From Arenicellales bacterium (lineage in GTDB: Bacteria > Pseudomonadota > Gammaproteobacteria > Arenicellales > JAJDZL01), in contig CBDAUN010000001.1 in assembly GCA_965200645.1 (NCBI GenBank), positions 86,492-150,491 of the forward strand: a stretch of DNA of 64,000 nucleotides, written 5' to 3'. A model generated the notes under the pieces. That model was given only the letters and a program-made list of their open reading frames with translations. It was not told where the DNA came from and did not search any database. Both the position numbers and the translations under genes were made by a program. Positions 40,795 to 50,353 of this stretch are shown here, piece by piece. Each line of letters starts with the position of its first letter. Position 1 is the stretch's first letter.

Positions 40795-41178
40795 TTACTT
40801 TGACCCTTTGTACTGAACGAACCACCTTAGCAGTTCTTCTCAAAAAAAATGCACCGCAAAAGGCGATGCTGATAGATACGGTTATTCATGATGTGGTTGC
40901 CTCTCGGTTGCCAATCATCATGCAACCTCGATTACAACCTGTTGGATTCGAACTGAATCATGTGCTAATCGTACCACTATTCGTGACACAATCCAAATAA
41001 ATTTTGCATTATATTGAACTAACTTGTGATTGATTTGTTCAAATAGTCATCAGAAAGACAACCTTTGCATGAAATGACTTGAAAAGTCAAACAGTCAATA
41101 AACAGCAAGGGTGCTGTTGAAAAGGAAAACAGCCCCATATTGTGTTGTATCATTTCTACATTAAGGACAATCGAAGAT

Positions 41179-41370
41179 ATGAAAACTAAAACTACATTTT
41201 CGTCCCTGCTGGCATTGTTGTTTGCAGTTGGAGTTTTTGGAAGTTCAGTGGTTTACGCAGATGAAACCCACAGCGACACTAGTTCTGAAACAACAACGGA
41301 AACCGTTCTTGTTAAATTAACTGATCCCGAAATCGCCGCCGCCGAAGACGAAGAACCAGACTGCGAATAA
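41179..41370 (+). CDS. Small secreted acidic protein (hypothetical)
   Basis: ATG 41179 gives MKTKTTFSSLLALLFAVGVFGSSVVYA (signal peptide), then an acidic, Thr/Glu-rich 36-aa tail ending EEPDCE. The track starts it at TTG 41140. Confidence 0.4.
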   Translation: MKTKTTFSSLLALLFAVGVFGSSVVYADETHSDTSSETTTETVLVKLTDPEIAAAEDEEPDCE

Positions 41371-41572
41371 ACTTCAGTCTTTAGCTTGGTCGAAGTCTAA
41401 TATCGGCCGTCGAAGTGCAATTAATTTGAATCTTGCTTCACAGTTGCTGTAACAGTCAGTTCCAGCCTTCACAAAACAATAGCATTCCTTATCCCGCGTC
41501 GGCAAATTACCGACCGATAATTGACGCGCCTCAGGTGCTTACATTACAAATACGATTCGCGCCTACAAACAA

Positions 41573-41603
41573 AAACGCCTGGAGTTAAAAACTCCAGGCG
41601 TTT
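41573..41603 (-). terminator. Rho-independent terminator downstream of the rhodanese gene (also faces the small + strand ORF)
   Basis: AAACGCCTGGAG-ttaaaaa-CTCCAGGCGTTT, a 12-bp stem. On the minus strand it is followed by TTTTTGTTTG. Confidence 0.75.
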
Positions 41604-41626
41604 GACTCTAGCTGGGTTCGAATGAA

Positions 41627-42286
41627 CTAAGAAGTCGGTCGAATCGTGGTCAATCCCAGATTCTCCCAATTCTGCATTCCGCCTCGATACCATTTAATCT
41701 TGTCGGCAGGATAGCCCATCCGCAAAAGATTTTTGATATTGTTTGGCGATTGTCCGCACCACATACCGTTGCAGAACATTACAGCGGTCTTGCAATTTGA
41801 GAAATCAAACAAGCCTTCGCTTTCAGTTACATTAAAAACGGTCTCCAGAATTTCTGCGATTTCCAAAGGAGTTGCACCTTTTGCAGGGTTCAATCTCGTC
41901 CAAGCGACATTCATCGCAGTCGGGATAGTTCCGCGCTCCACCCAATCAGGAGTTCTTGAGTCAATCACAATGATTGATTCATCGCCCATATTCATGGTTT
42001 TCGCGAAGTCAATAATTTCAATCTCACCGATGGTTTCTACACCAACCGCCAAATTTGATGGTTGAATGCAGAACGGGGGGCAAGGTCTTGAAGTCTTTGC
42101 GAAGGCGGGATTCACAGTAGCACTGTTATCCTGATTTCGCATCACGGATACTGTATCACCACCAACAGCCAAGTCCACGGACATGATGTCTGGGGTGATG
42201 CCTACAGGCTTGTCTTCTGCGATTGACGCGAAAGACACTGTAGCCAGTGCTACACTAGCTAGAACAGTTAAACCAATTTTACGCAT
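41627..42286 (-). CDS. Periplasmic rhodanese-domain sulfurtransferase
   Basis: 219 aa with signal peptide MRKIGLTVLASVALATVSFASIA. The rhodanese active-site loop is CNGMWCGQS, followed by WYRGGMQNW. Confidence 0.7.
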   Translation of the reverse strand: MRKIGLTVLASVALATVSFASIAEDKPVGITPDIMSVDLAVGGDTVSVMRNQDNSATVNPAFAKTSRPCPPFCIQPSNLAVGVETIGEIEIIDFAKTMNMGDESIIVIDSRTPDWVERGTIPTAMNVAWTRLNPAKGATPLEIAEILETVFNVTESEGLFDFSNCKTAVMFCNGMWCGQSPNNIKNLLRMGYPADKIKWYRGGMQNWENLGLTTIRPTS

Positions 42287-42538
42287 TAACGAATCCTCCG
42301 TTTACTGATGATTCAAAATTTCGGTAACTATGTATTGAATTTCCTTTCATCAAGGAAATGAAACTGTAATTAATATAACACTAATAAATGCGAAAAGTTT
42401 CTTATTAGGCAACAATTTCTTTGTTTGAAAACCTCACTTACTATACGAAATCAACTCTCGTTGAACTTGCGTCCTTCGCAACAAAGTGAAATAAAATTTT
42501 AGCGAGTGACAATTTACAAACTGATGGCGTAATCTACA

Positions 42539-43639
42539 TTGAAAATTAAAAATATTTCCGTTTATAAGGCCAATCTTCCAATGAAGGAAGGCGCCTATAG
42601 TTGGTCGACACAATCTTTTGCGGCATTCGATAGCACGATTGTTGAAATTGAAACTGATGACGATATTTCAGGACATGGAGAAACCTGTCCCTTGGGACCT
42701 TCCTATTTACCCGCATTCGCACAAGGAGCGAGAGCAGGACTTGCAACACTTGCACCTCGACTCATCGGCCAAGACCCAACTAGAATCGGTGAAATTAATC
42801 GAACCATGGATACTCACCTCAAGGGACATCCCTATGTGAAGTCTGCGATTGATATGGCTTGTTGGGATATTTTCGGAAAGGCTACCTCGCAACCTGTACA
42901 CGCTTTGCTCGGTGGCATACAGCAAGACTCTGTAAAACTGTTTAAGGTGATCAGCCGAGATGCGCCGGACAATATGGTTTCAAAACTAAAGCAATACCAA
43001 GCGCAAGGATTCAAACAGTTTCAAATGAAGGTTGGCGAAAACGCTAACGTCGACATCGAACGAATAATTGCGGTTCATGATCAACTAAATCCCGGTGATG
43101 TATTGAATGCGGATGCAAATACCGGTTGGCGCCAGCACGATGCAGTTAGAGTTGTAAATGCAGTCCGACCATACGACTTCTATCTTGAACAACCCTGTCT
43201 AACTTATGAACAGTGTTTGGCGGTAAGAAAATTTTGCCAGCAGCCGATGATTCTAGATGAGTGTATGGATAGTGTTGAACTTGTCATTCGTGGTCGACAA
43301 GATCATGCCATGGACGCAATAAACCTGAAGATCAACCGAGTAGGCGGACTGACAAAAGCCTGTCTCTACAGAGATTTATGTATCAATTTAGGGATTATGA
43401 TGACAGTAGAGGACTCATGGGGTGGTGAAATCGCTACTGCAGCTATCGCACACCTTGCGCATACTTTACCCAAAGAATTTCACTTTCAGTCTTCGGCATT
43501 TCACGAGTACTCTCATGTCGAAATCGCTACAGGGGCACCAATTATTGAAGACGGATACATGAAGTCGTCCTTCCGACCCGGTCTTGGTATCACCCCTAAC
43601 ATGGAGGTATTGGGGGATTCTGTATTCACTACCTCCTAG
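42539..43639 (+). CDS. Enolase-superfamily enzyme, mandelate racemase/muconate lactonizing enzyme (MLE subgroup)
   Basis: 366 aa. General-base region FQMKVG, metal ligands in NADANTGW / YLEQP / ILDEC, and a second Lys in INLKINRVGG. TTG start (MKIKNISVY..). Confidence 0.8.
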   Translation: MKIKNISVYKANLPMKEGAYSWSTQSFAAFDSTIVEIETDDDISGHGETCPLGPSYLPAFAQGARAGLATLAPRLIGQDPTRIGEINRTMDTHLKGHPYVKSAIDMACWDIFGKATSQPVHALLGGIQQDSVKLFKVISRDAPDNMVSKLKQYQAQGFKQFQMKVGENANVDIERIIAVHDQLNPGDVLNADANTGWRQHDAVRVVNAVRPYDFYLEQPCLTYEQCLAVRKFCQQPMILDECMDSVELVIRGRQDHAMDAINLKINRVGGLTKACLYRDLCINLGIMMTVEDSWGGEIATAAIAHLAHTLPKEFHFQSSAFHEYSHVEIATGAPIIEDGYMKSSFRPGLGITPNMEVLGDSVFTTS

Positions 43640-43656
43640 GGGTAGAGTGAATTTCG

Positions 43657-44721
43657 TTAGCCGACTCCTCCCCAAATGTCACCGATGATAAAGCCGTCAG
43701 GAAAGGGATCAGTTGGGTCGACGACATATTGACTGAATGAGGTAATCCAAGCCTGGCCGGTAATGGTGGGGACCACCGCCTGATAGGGTCCCACTTTAGT
43801 TTCGGCGACTAACCTTCCCGTGAAGATGGTGCCCAGAATTCCCTCATGATTGAAGTTTTCGTTCAACCCAAGTTTGCCCTTTGCGTGCAGCGTGGCCATC
43901 TTTGCACAAGTCCCGGTTCCGCATGGTGAGCGGTCTAATGCCGCAGTCCATGTTTCCCTACGCTCCCAATCCAATTCACCGGTTGAAACAACCGCGGCGT
44001 TTTTCAAAGTCGCATCAGGATGTTGTGGCGCACCGGAAATCACTCCAATTGTCACTCCAGAGATTTCGGGATTTTCCGGATGAACACAGCGCAGCTGCTC
44101 TTTGGCGGCTGCCTTGATCATCTCGCAAACCCTTGCTACCTCCCCTGCAGAACCCGGCTCGAGCCTTAGTCCAAGCGGCTCAGCCTCTGCTATGACGTAG
44201 AACATACCGCCCCAAGCCACATCAACTACTACTGTGCCCAATTCCGGAACTTCGATGGGTTGGTCAAGATGTACAGCAAATGACGGAACATTTAGGAAGG
44301 TGACACTCTTTACCTTGTTGTTTTCAACTTCAGCGGTCACTTCAATCAAACCAGCCGGACTTTCCAGTTTTAACTTAGTGATTGGTTCTGCGCTTTCAAC
44401 CATACCTGTTTCGATTAAGGCGGTTACGACACAAATCGTGTTGGTACCGGACATTGGCGGATATTCAACCTGCTCCATGATGATGTAGCCTGCATCCGCT
44501 TCGTCAATTGTTGGTGGTAAGATTAGATTGCAGTTCGCCGCAGGAAATCCTCTTGGCTCTCGAAGCATTCGAAGTCGCAACTCGTCATTGTGATCTCGCA
44601 GATAACACATTTTTTCAAACATGGAGTTTCCAGGTACGTCAGCGACACCTCCCGTGATGACTCGGCCATGCTCTCCACAGGCGTGAAGATCAACAGCGTG
44701 AATGACATTTGAAACTTGCAC
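43657..44721 (-). CDS. Proline racemase family protein (4-hydroxyproline epimerase / 3-hydroxyproline dehydratase-like)
   Basis: VDLHACGEHGRVITGG at the N-terminus. The first catalytic position reads PMSGTNT (Ser instead of Cys); the second is SPCGTGTCA. Start refined to GTG 44721, which is preceded by AAGGAGG with 8-nt spacing. The track start at 44787 would overlap the upstream gene by 53 nt. Confidence 0.8.
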   Translation of the reverse strand: MQVSNVIHAVDLHACGEHGRVITGGVADVPGNSMFEKMCYLRDHNDELRLRMLREPRGFPAANCNLILPPTIDEADAGYIIMEQVEYPPMSGTNTICVVTALIETGMVESAEPITKLKLESPAGLIEVTAEVENNKVKSVTFLNVPSFAVHLDQPIEVPELGTVVVDVAWGGMFYVIAEAEPLGLRLEPGSAGEVARVCEMIKAAAKEQLRCVHPENPEISGVTIGVISGAPQHPDATLKNAAVVSTGELDWERRETWTAALDRSPCGTGTCAKMATLHAKGKLGLNENFNHEGILGTIFTGRLVAETKVGPYQAVVPTITGQAWITSFSQYVVDPTDPFPDGFIIGDIWGGVG

Positions 44722-44734
44722 TGGTTTTGCCTCC

Positions 44735-45691
44735 TTAATTTCTGTTTGGCACCACTTCGCAGCCTTCCTGCTCAGGTTCATCATCAATCATTTCAGACGG
44801 AAATCCCGAAGCCAGGATACTTTCCTGGCACTGCTCTTCCAGTCTGCGAATGATGTTTGGCGACCACTCCCGTGCCCCATAACGCTGCAGTCCGTCCTTG
44901 AATATTTCAATCAATAGTGGACTTAACTCCAAATTTAAGTCTGCTCGGTCAGCAAGTTGCTGAAAAAGTGTGATGTCTTTGCAAACTAAATCCATGGTAA
45001 AGTTGATGTCCCGACTGCCGTTAAGAATCACCTGGCTTTCGGTCTCGTGCACAAATGAGTTTCCTGAGGATATTCGAATTGCTTCGTAAGTGGTAGCGAG
45101 ATCGAGACCCGCACATTTGGCTGTGGTTAGTGCTTCGCACAATGAGACTAAGTTTGCGGTGGCGAGATAGTTTGTCAGCACTTTGAGTTTAGATGCAGAC
45201 CCAAGTGGGCCGGTATGCAATATTCGCCTTCCCATAGCCTGTACCACTGGAAAGGCCTGTTCAAACGTCGGACGGCTGCAACCCACAAAGATTGAAATGT
45301 TACCGGTAGCTGCTCGGTGACAGCCACCGGAAACCGGACAATCCACGGCTTGTGCTCCTGTTTCTGCGACCAAGGCACCTAATCGCCTAACTTCAGACTC
45401 ATCAGTCGTACTCATCTCAAGCCATATTTTGCCTTCGGACAGTCCAGCAATAACACCGTCTTGCCCTTCCATCACTTTGCTACAGGCAGCCACACTTGGC
45501 AAGCAGGTAATTACCAGGTCTACCGACTGCGCCAAGACTCGGGGAGACTCTGCCCAGGTTGCACCCTTGTCTAAAAACGGCTGTGCTACGCTCTGATTGA
45601 GGTCCAGCACCGTTAGTTCAAAGCCGTTTCTGGAAAGACTTCCAGCTAATTTTCCTCCTACGTTTCCAAGTCCGATAAATCCTATATGCAT
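44735..45691 (-). CDS. NAD(P)-dependent oxidoreductase, 3-hydroxyisobutyrate dehydrogenase (HIBADH)-like
   Basis: 318 aa with Rossmann motif MHIGFIGLGNVGG, a 6PGDH-type NAD-binding fold, and an acidic C-terminal tail. Confidence 0.8.
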   Translation of the reverse strand: MHIGFIGLGNVGGKLAGSLSRNGFELTVLDLNQSVAQPFLDKGATWAESPRVLAQSVDLVITCLPSVAACSKVMEGQDGVIAGLSEGKIWLEMSTTDESEVRRLGALVAETGAQAVDCPVSGGCHRAATGNISIFVGCSRPTFEQAFPVVQAMGRRILHTGPLGSASKLKVLTNYLATANLVSLCEALTTAKCAGLDLATTYEAIRISSGNSFVHETESQVILNGSRDINFTMDLVCKDITLFQQLADRADLNLELSPLLIEIFKDGLQRYGAREWSPNIIRRLEEQCQESILASGFPSEMIDDEPEQEGCEVVPNRN

Positions 45692-45788
45692 TTGCGGAAA
45701 TCCTCCGAGGCTGTCACGTGGTGCATCTGGGCATTCAAAGTCAGTGATTGTAACTGTGAACTCATCCCAAAAAAGTCACTTTCTACCT

Positions 45789-46619
45789 TCAACTGATCTG
45801 TTTCGCCAGTAAATCAGCAGAATTAGAAAAGAACCATTCTGTACCGGAACGAATTTCTCGAGCAAGCAAGTTTACAGAGTTAACAAAACCAGTTCCCCAC
45901 TTGATGTTCCTTTGCGCTAGTTGCCGGCGCATGCGACGGTTAAGCAGCAAATAATGACCTGTTAACCCTCCAACGTCATGCTTTAAAGTTTGTTCAAACT
46001 TCTTTGCAGTATCAGTAGTAGCGATCAGTAATCGGCTTTCGATTGGAAACTCAGCGGCAAAATTGAGTGTTTCCACATTCAAAGCCATGAGGTGATAGTG
46101 CTCTAGTGGTTCAAGTACAGCCAACTGAGCAGTCAGATTTTGAAGTCCAACTTTGCTGATGGTTTCGCTTTTTAACTCGATCATTAAATGTAACCGTTTG
46201 CCAAATCTTTCGATGAGTTCCTGCAGCGTAGGCACCGAACGACAGTGTTTGCGCAATTCACTAAATGAACACTTTCCGATCTCGACACCCACACAGTCTG
46301 GAATTCTCGCAGTATGGGGATCATGTATCACTACAGGTATGTTGTCGGAAGTCCATTGCACATCAAATTCGACTCCCCACACACCACAATTCAGTGCGGC
46401 TTGAAAGGCATCTAAGGTATTTTCATAAATCGGTATTGAGTGGTCCCAGCAACCTCGATGCGCCACGATTTGGCAACTATTTCGCTCCTGTGCTGATAAC
46501 GCCGAGCGTGGCATATGTCGGAACCAACTTTCCACCGCAGCATCTGCCAGCGCCAGAACGCTACCGTAGTCATGTTTCATAGAATTTGTCACAGTGATAC
46601 AGGCGAAGAATTGGAACAA
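45789..46619 (-). CDS. Glycerophosphodiester phosphodiesterase family protein
   Basis: IVAHRGCWD, ENTLDAF and GVEFDVQWTSDNIPVVIHD (GDPD catalytic blocks). An alternative start at ATG 46580 (MKHDYG..) is plausible. Confidence 0.75.
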   Translation of the reverse strand: MFQFFACITVTNSMKHDYGSVLALADAAVESWFRHMPRSALSAQERNSCQIVAHRGCWDHSIPIYENTLDAFQAALNCGVWGVEFDVQWTSDNIPVVIHDPHTARIPDCVGVEIGKCSFSELRKHCRSVPTLQELIERFGKRLHLMIELKSETISKVGLQNLTAQLAVLEPLEHYHLMALNVETLNFAAEFPIESRLLIATTDTAKKFEQTLKHDVGGLTGHYLLLNRRMRRQLAQRNIKWGTGFVNSVNLLAREIRSGTEWFFSNSADLLAKQIS

Positions 46620-46803
46620 TTGATTTAGAATTTGGCTACGTCAGTTAACAACTCTGGTGTGCAAAGAACCGCTAATGTTGTATTTTGTACGATATTCTAT
46701 TGATCTAGATACTTTTAGTTTGGGTTCGATTGAACCAACTAAATTTTTCGTCAATACCCAATAATATTTTTCCAATATCCAGAAAGGAACCAAATAGTTA
46801 GTT

Positions 46804-47043
46804 TTGCCAAAAGAAAATCCAATTGAAATGCACGGTACGGTAATGGAGATATTGCCAAATACAGTTTTTCGTGTACAACTTGAAAACAACCACATCGTTA
46901 CTGCGCATATTTCCGGAAAGATACGCAAGAACTATATTCGAATATTACGCGGCGACCGAGTCATCGTTCAACTCACCCCATACGACCTTACCAAAGGACG
47001 TATTACTTATCGGCAAAAGGATACAAGAGAAAGAGATCGTTGA
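46804..47043 (+). CDS. infA: Translation initiation factor IF-1
   Basis: [68 protein letters not shown] is collinear with E. coli InfA. TTG start taken from the track. Confidence 0.9.
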   Translation: MPKENPIEMHGTVMEILPNTVFRVQLENNHIVTAHISGKIRKNYIRILRGDRVIVQLTPYDLTKGRITYRQKDTRERDR

Positions 47044-47130
47044 ATCCTATGCTCACCTTAAATTAACCGTCGGTTATTTTTATTACTTTGTCCCATCGAA
47101 ACATGCGAAAGCCATTAAGTGATTTCACCC

Positions 47131-48291
47131 ATGTTTGATCTTCCATGGTGGGGTTATGTGCTGGTGGCATTGGGACTCACGCACATCACGATAGTTTCGG
47201 TAACACTCTTCTTGCATCGTGGTCAAGCACATTCAGCACTCGATATGCACCCTGCGCTGAGCCACTTCTTTCGATTCTGGTTATGGTTGACTACGGGCAT
47301 CGTGACTAAGGAGTGGGTTGCGGTTCACCGTAAGCATCATGCAACAGTTGAGACTGAGGAAGACCCACACAGCCCGCAACTGTCCGGCATCAACTCCGTT
47401 CTGTGGGGCGGGATTTTTCATTACCGTCGCGCAGCAAGAACTCCGGGGGTTTTGGAAAAGTTTGGCAAGGGGACACCGGATGACTGGTTGGAGCGAAAAG
47501 TCTACGCAAAACACCCAAACTACGGACTCACCATCCTACTGATATCGAATGTGGTACTTTTTGGATTGGGCCCAGGTCTGGCAATTTGGCTAGTTGAAAT
47601 ACTTTGGATTCCTTTTTGGGCAGCCGGTGTGATCAACGGAATTGGTCACTACACCGGCTATCGCAACTTTGAACTTCCAGATGAAAGCCGAAATATCGTG
47701 CCTTGGGGAATAATCATAGGCGGAGAAGAACTGCACAACAACCACCATGCCTTTGCCGGGTCAGCGCAATTTGCGGCGAGACCCTGGGAAATTGATTTGG
47801 GTTGGAACTACGTCCGGCTTTTAGCCCACATGCGATTGATTAAAATTCGCAGAAAGATTCCGGTGCTGTCTTATCAATCAGGTAAAACCTGTATTGACAC
47901 AGAAGCAGCCAAAGCTTTTGTTACCAATCGCTTCCATGTTTTGTCACATTACGTTACGGACGTAGTTAAGAATGTCTGTCGTGAAGAAATCCGGTTGGCA
48001 TCCGGCGAATACAAAAAGAAAATCAAAAAAATTCGTCGCCTCTTGGCAACTGAAAAATCAAGACTCAGTGTCAAGAACCAGGAACGACTTCGAAATCTGC
48101 TACAGACCAACAATCGACTTGAGAAGGTCTATGCAATGAAAGAGTCTCTGCACAACATTGCATCGCGATCTTCAACATCCTACGAACACTTGCGCCAATC
48201 TTTAGAAGAGTGGTGCCAAGTGGCAGAAGAATCGAATATTGATTCGTTGATGCTTTTTTCTGCACGCTTGCGCGGTTCAACCAGCACCTAA
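47131..48291 (+). CDS. Acyl-CoA/acyl-lipid fatty acid desaturase (delta-9-type) with long C-terminal helical extension
   Basis: His boxes HRGQAH, HRKHH and HNNHH, with TM segments at the N-terminus. ATG 47131 is preferred over the track GTG 47119. Confidence 0.85.
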   Translation: MFDLPWWGYVLVALGLTHITIVSVTLFLHRGQAHSALDMHPALSHFFRFWLWLTTGIVTKEWVAVHRKHHATVETEEDPHSPQLSGINSVLWGGIFHYRRAARTPGVLEKFGKGTPDDWLERKVYAKHPNYGLTILLISNVVLFGLGPGLAIWLVEILWIPFWAAGVINGIGHYTGYRNFELPDESRNIVPWGIIIGGEELHNNHHAFAGSAQFAARPWEIDLGWNYVRLLAHMRLIKIRRKIPVLSYQSGKTCIDTEAAKAFVTNRFHVLSHYVTDVVKNVCREEIRLASGEYKKKIKKIRRLLATEKSRLSVKNQERLRNLLQTNNRLEKVYAMKESLHNIASRSSTSYEHLRQSLEEWCQVAEESNIDSLMLFSARLRGSTST

Positions 48292-48781
48292 ACTACCGCG
48301 GTAATTCGTACTGTCAGTCTTTCTGGCTGGATTATGATTTGCTGAATCCTCAAAAAATTGCAAAAGATCCGAAGGATTGTGCAGGAAAGCGGTGTTTCAA
48401 CGCCAAAATGCCTGACATCGAAGTACCCGGCCGTAACCAAAGTCTCCAGGGTCACACCATCTTTCTTCTCGAATGATGTGAAATTCGCTGCCAATGTGAA
48501 GAATAAACAACATTTTCCATATTGATGTTTTCATGCATGAGTTTTACGGTGTGGATGACATTCAATTGACATTGCAAATGTAGTTGGAAGTAAATTTTTG
48601 GGAACAGAGGCTATCATTGGTTTAGAATTGGGAGAATTGATATCCAATTGCACAGTAAAAAAATATTGCATCTAGACTCAAAAGTATGATATTCAAGCAC
48701 ATGTCTCGATTCAGAGTACTGAAGGTCATCATATAGAATGGAATCATTTAAACGAATTAAATACAAATTTGGAGGAAACAA

Positions 48782-49588
48782 ATGACATATAAAAGCTTAT
48801 TGTTTGCCATTGGCATGGCAACTGCATTGATCACCAGTTCAGCATCAGCAGACAAGGTGGATGATGTTATTGACGCTGGAAAACTTCGATGCGGCGTTGT
48901 TCTTGATTTTCCACCCATTGGTTATCGTGACGCAAACAACGAGCCAGCTGGTTTCGACGTTGAATACTGTAAGGACCTGGCAGCTGCTCTGGATGTAGAG
49001 TTGGAATTGGTGCCACTTACATGGGCAGACCGTTTGCCAGTTATCGTAACAAACCGAGCTGATGTGGTATTTGGAGGTACGTCAGATACGCTTGAACGAG
49101 CTAAGACTGTTGGCTTCACCATTCCATATGCCATTTATTTCGCTCAAGCGGTAGTAGGAGCAGAAACCGGTATTGAGACCTTCGAAGATATGAAAGGCGC
49201 TCGCGTCGCTGCTGCCGTGGGGACTGTTCCGGAACAAGAATTTCTAAAATACGCAGAGGAATGGGGAACGGTAGACCTGTATCAAGGATACCAGTCTGAA
49301 AACGAAGTGTTTCTAGCAGTTGCTCAAGGAAAAGCTGACGCTGGAATTACAACGAATACAGCCATAAAACCGATTACCGACCAATATGACTCTGTCGTTG
49401 CGGGTCCGCGCATGCCTTGGACAACCGACTACACATCAGTTGTTGGTCCTAGAAAAGACGTGCCGTGGCTGAATTATCTGAATTTGTTCATCACTCAGCA
49501 GGTACGCTCAGGTCGATACCAAGAGTTGTGGGGACATTTTGTAGGCGGCCAAGCTCCTGACCTTATCATCCCCGGCGTAATGTATTAA
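48782..49588 (+). CDS. Polar amino acid ABC transporter substrate-binding protein (family 3)
   Basis: 268 aa with a signal peptide and blocks LRCGVVLDFPPIGYRD and GFDVEYCKDLA. First gene of a four-gene ABC operon. Confidence 0.85.
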   Translation: MTYKSLLFAIGMATALITSSASADKVDDVIDAGKLRCGVVLDFPPIGYRDANNEPAGFDVEYCKDLAAALDVELELVPLTWADRLPVIVTNRADVVFGGTSDTLERAKTVGFTIPYAIYFAQAVVGAETGIETFEDMKGARVAAAVGTVPEQEFLKYAEEWGTVDLYQGYQSENEVFLAVAQGKADAGITTNTAIKPITDQYDSVVAGPRMPWTTDYTSVVGPRKDVPWLNYLNLFITQQVRSGRYQELWGHFVGGQAPDLIIPGVMY

Positions 49589-49612
49589 AATTCCGGCGTA
49601 ATGTATTAAAAT
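49572..49612. repeat. Tandem duplication, period 21 bp, spanning the SBP stop codon (CCGGCGTAATGTATTAAAAT x2)
   Basis: Read directly: cCCGGCGTAATGTATTAAAATtCCGGCGTAATGTATTAAAATaag. The first copy contains the last codons and the TAA of the SBP gene. Confidence 0.9.
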
Positions 49613-49625
49613 AAGATCAAACTCT

Positions 49626-49662
49626 CACACCCTTGATTTAAGTTATTAAATTCAAGGGTGTG
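49626..49662 (+). promoter_or_regulatory. Intercistronic hairpin between SBP and permease genes (11-bp perfect stem CACACCCTTGA/TCAAGGGTGTG)
   Basis: Inverted repeat read directly, with no T-tract. It could act as a partial terminator or mRNA stabiliser giving SBP excess. Confidence 0.45.
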
Positions 49663-49681
49663 AAGCCTTAGCGGATTAATC

Positions 49682-50341
49682 TTGGAATATAACTTTCACT
49701 GGCGCCCGGTATTCCGTAGTCTTCCTGACTTACTTGATGCCGGCTTGCTAACGCTTGAAGTAGCAATTTTTTCTATGATTGCCGGCATCGTGCTCGGCTT
49801 GACGCTTGCTTTCATGCGAATGAAAGGCATTATGCCGATTCGCTGGTTTGCTGTGTCCTGGATTGAGTTGGCCAGAAACACACCCGCACTTTTTCAGTTG
49901 TTCTTTTTCGGCTTTGGCTTAGGTGCTTTTGGTATACACCTTTCGCCTTATTGGATCGTCGTAGCCGCATTAACTTTCAACAATGCCGGTTACCTGGCGG
50001 AGAACTTCCGCGGCGGCATTCAGTCCATTCCAGATACACAAATCCGCGCCGCACAGAGCCTCGGTATGACTGGGTTACAAACAAACATTAGGATTATCGT
50101 CCCACAAGTCCTTCGCATAGTTTACTATCCGATGACGAATCAAATGGTGTGGGCAGTGTTGATGTCCTCACTCGGGATGTTGGTTGGGTTCAGAGAATTG
50201 TCTGGAGAAACTCAGTTCTTCGCGTCTAAGACATTTCGCATCTTTGAATACTTTGCAGTGACTGCGGTCATCTACTACATCATTGTGAAGGTTATTCTTG
50301 GATCGTCTAGATTGCTATCCATAAGACTGTTCAAGTACTAA
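49682..50341 (+). CDS. Amino acid ABC transporter permease (His/Glu/Gln/Arg/opine family)
   Basis: 219 aa with 5-6 TM segments and an EAA-like loop (..AAQSLGMTGLQTNIRIIVPQ..). Confidence 0.85.
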   Translation: MEYNFHWRPVFRSLPDLLDAGLLTLEVAIFSMIAGIVLGLTLAFMRMKGIMPIRWFAVSWIELARNTPALFQLFFFGFGLGAFGIHLSPYWIVVAALTFNNAGYLAENFRGGIQSIPDTQIRAAQSLGMTGLQTNIRIIVPQVLRIVYYPMTNQMVWAVLMSSLGMLVGFRELSGETQFFASKTFRIFEYFAVTAVIYYIIVKVILGSSRLLSIRLFKY

Positions 50342-50353
50342 GCATAGATAAGC

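Noticed and set aside
40935-40960. GGATTCGAAC on the plus strand (GTTCGAATCC on the minus strand) resembling a tRNA T-loop. A second TTCGAAT lies at about 41617-41630.
   Set aside because: The flanking bases do not form a T-stem (ttcag / ccaac), and no acceptor or anticodon arms can be drawn. I could not support any tRNA in the window.
47890-48291. The C-terminal roughly 130 aa of the desaturase look like a separate coiled-coil module, with a faint resemblance to transposase helper regions (..LEKVYAMKESLHNI..EEWCQVAEESNIDSL..).
   Set aside because: The reading frame is continuous with the His-box desaturase domain. I recall similarly long tails in gammaproteobacterial DesA-type desaturases of about 390 aa, so it is probably native.
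48288-48494. 68-aa minus-strand ORF (..FTSFEKKDGVTLETLVTAGYFDVRHFGVETPLS..) just after the desaturase.
   Set aside because: No RBS, non-ATG start, no recognisable family, and it overlaps the desaturase stop. It may be a gene relic, but I cannot support it.
19953-49612. Short tandem repeats (2 x 14 bp at 19953 and 2 x 21 bp at 49572) considered as possible CRISPR or minisatellite arrays.
   Set aside because: There are only two directly abutting copies each, with no spacers, so they are simple duplications. No CRISPR-like repeat-spacer structure was seen anywhere in the window.
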